Source: Octopus sinensis
Taxonomy: Eukaryota
DNA: 64,000 nt
NCBI RefSeq assembly: GCF_006345805.1
Contig: NC_043018.1
Coordinates: 16,244,001 to 16,308,000, forward strand
Direction of reading: 5' to 3'
Under the pieces are notes generated by a model. That model ran no database searches. It saw only the letters and a list, made by a program, of their open reading frames with translations, and was not told the DNA's origin. Position 1 is the first letter of the stretch, and every line of letters begins with the position of its first letter. Shown piece by piece: positions 55,743 to 64,000 of the stretch. A program made the translations under genes and the position numbers.

Positions 55743-56033
55743 TCATCATCATCATCATTGTTCGACCGTGGTCGAGACAATGGAATTTACCATGCTACGC
55801 CAGACTTCACGGTCCATCATGGCATTATGGAGGTCCTGTTGCTGGATGCCTGTATCCCTGGAGATTACATCAGGGTAGGAGAGTGTGCGCCCTCTGGTAT
55901 TGCGAGTAGATGGCTTCCAGAGGAGAAGAGTAGAAATTACTTCTGTTTCAGCTTTACAACAATGTCCAGCAAACTGGACTCTCCTACCTTTCACAAGAGA
56001 TGATACAGGTGGTAGTTTCCCGTATATTTGCAT
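55743..56033 (-). mobile_element. Second, shorter copy of the same RTE/RTEX-like LINE
   Basis: Nearly identical to ~15930-16215. Reads QIYGKLPPVSSLVKGRRVQFAGHC..VSTTVEQ* with a (TGA)n tail. Confidence 0.82.
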
Positions 56034-57378
56034 CACTGCGTCACTGGCAGTAGGTGGGGGCTAGAATTGCATCGATTGGGCAATATACCGAGATTTCCAA
56101 TGTGGTGAGTTGGCAGAAATGCTTAGCAGTACTTCGTCTGTCATTACATTCTAAGTTCTAATTCTGTCGAGGTAGACTTTGCTTTTTATCCTTTCGAGGT
56201 CGATAAATTAAGTAAACAGTTGCGTACTGGGATCGATCTAATCGACTGTCCCCCTACCCCAAAATTTCGGATCTTGTACCTAGAGCAGGAAAAAAGAATA
56301 TATCGATATTTCCAGAGGTCAGCCGAATATAAAGGCACTACATCCAGTTCGTGATAATGTGAAGGTCACAATGTTAAGGGATACAGCTATTCAGATCAAT
56401 CAGATCAATAATGAAATCACTGTCTGATGACAAACGGTCAGATATCAGAAGAAAACTTAATAAACTCTTTTAGACATCCAGCTGTATCTCGCTTGATCGA
56501 AGCTTCTGGTGACAGTAGAAAATTTATCGAGATGTCGTCCAGGTGACTAAAATCGGTCGGAATAATTCGTTAAAAGAATTATTCCTATTCTTCTCTGTCA
56601 TTCTTTGTTTCTCTTTAAGCGACTTGATTCCATCCCGTTCTCTAGCTTTTCTGAACGAATTTCTAATCGAATTTAGTAATAAATTTCTTATCAATACATG
56701 CTACACACATCATTAGCCTTCAACGAGAAAACGCAGCGAGCTGGCAGAATCCTTATTACCCGGGACAAAATGCTTAGTGACATTACTCCCGAGCCATTAC
56801 GTTCTGAGTTCAAATTCCATTGAGGGCAATTTTTGGATCTTTCATTCTTTCGATATCGAGAAAATGATTACCAGTCATTCACTATGGTCAACGTCATCGA
56901 TTAGCCATCTTCCTGCTAAATTCCGGGCCTCGTACTGTAGTGGACAGATTTATTATTCAACGCATAATTCCAGACATCCAGTGTGCAAAATATGTCTTGC
57001 TTTAGTTAGAGCTTATACAAGTTCTAAAAGTTTCAAATTTGGCAGGAATTACAATTGATTCGTTCTGCAATAAATCATCTCCTTTTCCGAAATCAAACCA
57101 TTCAATCGTTTAAAATACTTGTGACTGCAATCTAACAATACAGTTAATTTACTTGCAATTTTCTATCGAGCGCAGCGCCGCCTCGTTTGAATCTATTCGT
57201 CGTTCATGTTTAATTTTACTGTTAACACAATTCAGTCACATTCATCGAAAGAATTCTCTGTGGGAGAACTCGGATTTCTTTATGTAAGTCTTATTTTTTA
57301 CTTTATTGTGTGTATTTGTCAGTGCGCGTGCGTGTGTGTGTGCATGTGTATAAATAAAAATGTATATGTGTATTTGTG

Positions 57379-57414
<36 letters not shown>

Positions 57415-57495
57415 CGTATACGTACTAATATATGCACATATACAAACATGCTTTCATACATGTGCATATATGTGTATCTAAATGTGTGTATATAT

Positions 57496-57534
<39 letters not shown>

Positions 57535-59424
57535 TATGTGAGTGTGTATACATGTATATATATATATATATATACATACATTTATGTGCGTGTGTTCGTG
57601 GGTGTGGGTGTGAGTGAGTATGTGTGTGTGTCTATGTGTGTGTGTGTGCATCTGATTCTCTAATTAAAACTACATTCTTTACCCATACTGTGATTTTCAA
57701 GATAAAATACACTTGATAACCTTCCTTTTTTCCTTTCATTTTAACCTTCGTTTTTCAAGCTGAAAACATGAAAAACTTTTCTCGCATGTCTCTTTCAATA
57801 TGTTAGCCATTTTTTTTTTCCTAACGAGATTCGCAGCAAGCCAAAACTCGATAGTGAATCCGACAAGTTTGATTGCTCGTATTACATTCGCCACAAGCTG
57901 CCTTGTGTTATCAGCAAGACACTCAAACATCACAATTTTAATTTACTGAACTATAACGAAACAATGATTTTCATTTCCAAAATGTATTGAGTTGGAGAAA
58001 AAAATATGGCGCCCGTTGCATGTACTTCCTGCAATGGGCTCCATTTTGATTCTCCGACTGACTGACGCAGGAGATGTTCAGTTTCACCTTTTGAAAGGAA
58101 AACGCGGGGGTACAAATATCATGCTAGCGTAGTGTGTTCTCAATAGTTTCATATTTATGGACCCCTTTGATTAGTGTTTTCTCTGGTCGATGCCCGGAAC
58201 CATTGGATGTTTAAAAACTAGTTTTATAGATGCTTCTTCCTGAATCGCTATTTTCTTTTTCACATGTTTATTTGGGTTACTCAGTTACAGCTTTCATGGA
58301 GCAACATAAAATGAAGTGTTTTGCTCAAGAAGGCAATGCACCGCTCCATCAGGAAATCGAAACCACGATATTGCGATTGCCAGTTGGACACCTTAACCAC
58401 TAGGCTATGCGCTTTCACTGGAGACTATTCATGACTACGTTATCTAATATCTACTTCAGGCATTGTGTATCTAGGGTTACATAATCTAATGTGTCCTTGA
58501 AATTCTGTATCAAGAAATTACCGTCTCGATTCCTAGGACATATGGGACCGCTTATCCGGTTTCCATGGTGAATAAGTGACAGTGAAGGGCGCATGGCTCA
58601 GTGCTAAGAGCGTCGGGCTCACAATCATGAGGTAGTGAGTTCGATTCCCGGACCGGACTCTGCGTTGTGTTCTTGAGCAAGACACTATATTTCATGTTGC
58701 TCCTGTTCACTCAGCTGTAGAAATGAGTTGTGACGTCACTGGTGCCAAGCTGTATCGGCCTCTTTGCCTTTCCCTTGGATATCATTAGTGGTGTGGAGAG
58801 AGGAGGCCGGTATGCATGGGCGACTGCTGGTCTTCCATAAACAATCTTACCTGGACTTGTGCCTTAATGGGGTTCTTTCTAGGTGCAGTCCCATGCCCGT
58901 TCATGACCAAGGGGGTCTTTATCCATATTCTTAAGTGACTGAAGTCAGAACATTACCACTGAACGGGAATCCGTTCCGTTGAATGGGTAACCCATTTACA
59001 GTCGAGTAGACTGGAGCAACGTGAAAAGAGTGGTTTATTCAAGAAAAAAAAAACGCAGTCGAAAACATGATCTTCCGATTGCGAATTCGACGCCCTGACC
59101 ACTATACCAGACTCCCCCACAACAACAATTAAAGCAACAACAGTCACCACAAAATCAGTACTACAACAACCACCACAAAAAACAATAACAACTGTACTAC
59201 AAGCAACGACAGTAACAGAAATATCTGCCAAGAAGTTCAAAGAGTCATTGATTCTAGCAACTTTTTAGCTTCTTGTTCATTGATATTGAATTTTGAAGCT
59301 CGGCACAAGGCCAGAACCATTTCTTCAGAAAAAGTTACAGCAGACTTCATGGAAGAAATTCTGATATTTTATTGACCCAGGGTATAGGTAATCCGATTAA
59401 TCCGATATATATATATACACTATT

Positions 59425-59800
59425 TATTTCAGTTATTTGACCGGGGTCATGCTAGAGCACCGCCTTTAATCGAACAAATCGACTCCCAGGACTTATTCTT
59501 TGTACGTGTAGTATTTATTCTATCGGTCTTTTTGTCGAACCGCTAAGTTACGGGGACATAAACACACCAAGCGATGTTGCCAAGTGATGATGAGGGGACA
59601 AAGACACACAAACACACACATACACACACACAACCACACACACGCACACATATATGTATATACGACAGGGTTCTTTCAGTTTCCGTCTACCAAATCCACT
59701 CACAAGGCTTTGGTCGGCCCGGGACTATAGTAAAAGACACTTGCCCACGGAACCATGTGGCTGATAAGCAAGCTACTTACCACACAGCCACTCCTGCGTC
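59425..59800 (-). mobile_element. SINE family A
   Basis: Same head, body and internal CA repeat as the other copies. Confidence 0.8.
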
Positions 59801-59838
<38 letters not shown>

Positions 59839-59873
59839 GTGTGTGTGTGTGTGGTGTGTGTGTTGTGTGTGTG

Positions 59874-59907
<34 letters not shown>

Positions 59908-60199
59908 AGCATATGGTCTTCTGGTTAGCGTTTTGTTCGCGTGATCGCGTTTTCCGTTCCTGGTCCAGATGGTGCACCGTTTTCTTGAGCAAAATTCATC
60001 ATCTCACGTTGACACCTGACATGTGATACACCATGCATCTGATTAGACAACGTCGACTTTGACGGCAGGAGAAAGGTAATGCACAGCACAAACATTTGAT
60101 CATAATAAACCTACCATTTGTGCAAGCTGCTCAGCAAGAAATTACAAAAGCATCTTTCAGGGACTACGAGACATTACCATGATATGCATATGTATTATA

Positions 60200-60429
60200 C
60201 AGGGTTGGCCAAAAGTCACCTGACAGTAAATGAAATCCATTTAATTCCAAGATTTATTTATGATTAACAACTGAATGAATTTAATAAAAGCATTTAAATG
60301 TGAAAGAACATGAAAATTGTTGAAAATGAAGTCCTTGAGCGATGCATTTTTTCATTCGAGTCAATACAGAATTACTGACAGTATTTATGGAATTTAGAGT
60401 TCCTGTCGGGTGATTTTTGGCTAATCCTA
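60200..60429. mobile_element. Tc1/mariner-type MITE (230 bp) with TA target duplication
   Basis: Imperfect TIRs cagggttggccaaaagtcacctgacag / ctgtcgggtgatttttggctaatccta, with TA on both sides. Confidence 0.7.
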
Positions 60430-62144
60430 TATATGTAATAATTAAAATATATATTATGATTGATTCTAGTTTCAGCTCATGAGCTGTGGCCATGCTGGGG
60501 CACCGCCATTTATGCATACTTATGTTGTTCTACTACACGCTTGATCATTCGATCTGTGGAAAACTTATGTTGCATGAAAGCGGTCCGTGGTCCAAAAATG
60601 TTTTGGGGCCGCTGAATTAAGGGGCTATATTCCGTTTTTTACAAAAATTTACATTCTGTTTCAACACGAGAAATCAATATATAAATATACTTTTGAATTA
60701 CAATTATTTCCAAATAAGGTCATTCAAGTTTCGTTTGTTTGAACGTCAAATCACTTATATGTAATTATTGACGAATCCAACAGTTCAAACTTCAGACGTT
60801 GAAAGCCATACTAAAACATTCCAGTCAATAAATCGTCGAATTTGGATGTTGGAGCATTGTAAATCAATCGATAGACACAGGGATTCGATTATTTTTTTAA
60901 CTTTCAGAATCGATATTTTACCTAATGCACCCAATATCAGATTTTCTTACTATCTTGAAATATATATTGTGTAGTTTTTATCTGATAGTTTACCTGCATT
61001 TTAATAAAAATATTTTACTCAACAAATGGAATATCGCTTTTTTTTTACAGCACGGAAGACATATTTTTTTTTTGTATTTTTTTTTGTAAGAAAACGAATC
61101 ACAAAAATTACAGTCGTCTACAATGCAGGTTGAGAGGTTGTTATTGTATCTAACACTACAGCCCGTTAGATACTTCATTAAAAATTGATTGTATGATGAT
61201 CGATAAACCACTGGTGTCTCTTAATCGAGTACAACCATGCGATGTGTTGTCACACACAAGGGTTGGCTGACGGCAGTCGTAGAGGGGTGCCGGTAGCTGG
61301 AGAATGAGATGACCGTGCGTAGCATTTGGGGAGCTGGTGATTTGGCGCGGTGGACTGGAGATTGGTCCCAGTGCACAAGTGTTACTTATTTCATCGATCC
61401 TGGAACGATAACTGGCAAAGTGGAGCTCGACTGTATTTGAACTAAGAACGTAAAAATGAACAAAATGTCGCTAAATAGCAAATGACATGGAATTAAACTA
61501 ATTTAAAAATTTGCCTTTTTTTTAACACCCTAAAATATAATGTATTTTTGATTATCAGACTAAAGAGAACCAATCACAATTTTTAATGAATCCGTGTTTT
61601 ATTTTCTTACTTCTTTTTCTCTCTCAACCGATCTAGTTTTTCACCTGTCGCTATATAGATTATTTTGATGAATGAATAATTACGATGTTTCTAAAGCTTG
61701 CAAACCATGAAAATAAATACTGAGACATACAAATGCATATTTTAGTATCTTATTTTTGTCTGAGTGTTCAGTAAAGCAAATAAATTCGGAATTGTTTTTG
61801 TACACTAAGTCGATTTGTCTTCCAAATTAATGCACGTATTGTTTCCATGTATTTCCTTTTCACTGTCTCCGGTTGGCTAAAACATAATTTGCAGCTGCCG
61901 CCATTTTTGCTGCTTTCATTGTTTTTTCTTGTTTTTGCTATTGTTATTTTTGTTGTAGTTGTTATTGTTGATGTTGCCGCTGCTGCTGATAATGGGTAGT
62001 CACCATCAAACTTGCGTGATTTAATGAGTGTTTCGAAGATATTCCATTCCAGGTACTCACATCGATTATTGTATGTCAGCAAATGCGCTGGCAGTGTGAA
62101 TTGAATAGAGTACTGAAGCAGAATATATGCAGTCTACCTCTCGA

Positions 62145-62155
62145 TCTATCTATCT

Positions 62156-62212
<57 letters not shown>

Positions 62213-62213
62213 C

Positions 62214-62252
<39 letters not shown>

Positions 62253-62253
62253 C

Positions 62254-62298
<45 letters not shown>

Positions 62299-62299
62299 G

Positions 62300-62378
<79 letters not shown>
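62145..62378. repeat. (TCTA)n array without inserted element
   Basis: Direct inspection. Confidence 0.9.
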
Positions 62379-62379
<1 letters not shown>

Positions 62380-63312
62380 TATTCTGTCTGTCCGTCTGTC
62401 TAGCTCTCTATATCTCTCTTTTTCTGTCCAATTATAGATAAATAGACAGATACATAGACAGATACATAGATAGACAGAGATAGACATACATACATACATA
62501 CATACAAATAAAGAGATAGATAGATAGTAGAAGACACTTTCCCAAGGTGCCACGCAGTGGGACTGAACCCGGAACCATGTGGTTGGTAAGCAAGCTACGA
62601 CATCCATATTCTATGGGCCATAATGCAAAGTCCACAGTAGCTTTAAGTATCAAATCTTTTACTAAATAGGAAGAGTATCTTGTTTTCTACTCCCGAATAA
62701 ATTAGCAAAAATTACGTATCAGTCGTCAGTGAAGGGCGTAATAAAATTTAACAGTGTTAATTTTCTATAGCAGTAAAACTAACCGGTACTCCGTCGCTTC
62801 GATGATGAGCGCTCTAGTTGATCCGATCAACGGAACATCCTGCTCGTGAAATTAACATGTAAGTGGCTGAGTACTCCATAGACACGCATAACTCTTAATA
62901 CAGTTCTCAGTGAGATTCAGCATGAGAGAGAATGGGACAAGGCTCGCTGTTTGAATTACAGATACAACTCGTTTTTGTCAGCTGAGTGGACTGGGGCTAC
63001 GTGAAATAAATTGTCTTGCTGAAGGAACAACGCTCCAACGAGAATCGAAGTAACAGCCTTACGATCATGAGTCGAATACCTATAACCACTAGCCCTCACG
63101 CCTTCATTATACTGCAGTAAGAAGGCGGCGAGCTGGCAGAGTGGTTAACACGCCGAGCGAAATACTTCCATCCTTTCGGGGTCGATAAATTAAGTACCAG
63201 TTACGCACTGGGGTCGATTAATCCGTTTGTCTGTCCTTGTTTGTCCTCTCTGTGTTTGGCCCCTTGTGGGTAGTAAAGAAATAGGTATTTCGTCAGTCTT
63301 TACATTCTGAGT

Positions 63313-63672
63313 GTGGAGGCGCAATGGCCAAGTAGTTAGAGCAGCGGACTCGCGGTCATAGGATCGCGGTTTCGATTTCCAGACCGGGCGTTGTGAGTGT
63401 TTGTTGAGCTCCACGAGGCTCCGGCAGGGGATGATGGCGAACCCTGCTGTACTCTTTCACCACACCTTTCTCTCACTCTTTCTACCTGTTTCTGTGGTAC
63501 CTGTATTTCAAAGGCCAGCCTTGTCACACTCTGTGTCATGCTGAATCTCTCCGAGAACTACGTTCAGGGTACACGTGTCTGTGGAGTGCTCAGCCACTTG
63601 CACATTAATTTCACGAGCAGGCTGTTCCGTTGATCGGATCAACTGGACCTCTGGTCATCGTTAGCGACGGAT
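63313..63672 (+). mobile_element. SINE family C
   Basis: Collinear with the reverse complement of 13831-14216. Confidence 0.85.
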
Positions 63673-64000
63673 TGGCAGCAACGTTCTGAGTTCAAATTCT
63701 GCCCAGGTCGACTTTGCCTTTCATCATTTTGGGGTCGATAAATTAAGTACCAGCCGCTAACTAGGATCGATGTAATCGACGGGCCCCTCTTAAAAAACTT
63801 CGGCCCTTGTGCCTAGAGTAGAAAAGAGTATTCTTTTTTTCGCCCTTTTCAAGCATAGCCAGTCTCATGGGCCTGGTTTCCCGGTTTCTGTGGCGTATGT
63901 GTTCCCCTCAGCTGTACGGGACGCCAGTCCATCGCAGCTTTACTCAAGAAACAGGAAGAGAGAGTGAGAGAAAGTTGTTGCGAAAGAGTACTACAGGGGT

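Noticed and set aside
57236-57283. Plus-strand 48-nt exon-like segment (aattcag / gtaagt)
   Set aside because: It is isolated, with no partner exons or recognisable peptide; such site pairs occur by chance in 64 kb.
62061-62112. Minus-strand 52-nt segment with good splice sites (ttctgcttcag / gtgagt)
   Set aside because: The only open frame (YSIQFTLPAHLLTYNNR) shows no recognisable rGC ectodomain similarity and ends in phase 1, not the phase 0 needed to join 46331. It could still be an exon further upstream; unverified.

Overview
AT-rich, microsatellite-dense animal genomic DNA. The SINE and microsatellite content suggests a coleoid cephalopod, probably an octopus (inference). The only host gene I can support is part of a receptor-type (transmembrane) guanylyl cyclase, Gyc76C/NPR-like, on the minus strand. 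Six GT-AG exons (46331-46226, 31811-31733, 23247-23145, 22282-22127, 5940-5836, 4225-4154) splice in frame into 207 codons: juxtamembrane extracellular segment, TM helix and the N-lobe of the kinase-homology domain. The gene must continue beyond the exons found here at both ends. The rest is intron filled with tRNA-derived SINEs, MITEs, degraded LINE/PLE/mariner fragments and microsatellites. The most interesting signal is two independent sets of microsatellite-associated non-LTR retrotransposons. (1) Three tandem, differently 5'-truncated Tx1/L1-like copies sit in a (TCTA)n array at 6.0-7.9 kb. (2) Four R4/Dong-like (RT + restriction-like endonuclease) copies or fragments from different subfamilies all lie at (TAA)n arrays with the same strand polarity. 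These include a stacked cluster at 33.3-36.6 kb that also holds a non-coding passenger element. No rRNA, true tRNA or CRISPR array was found.
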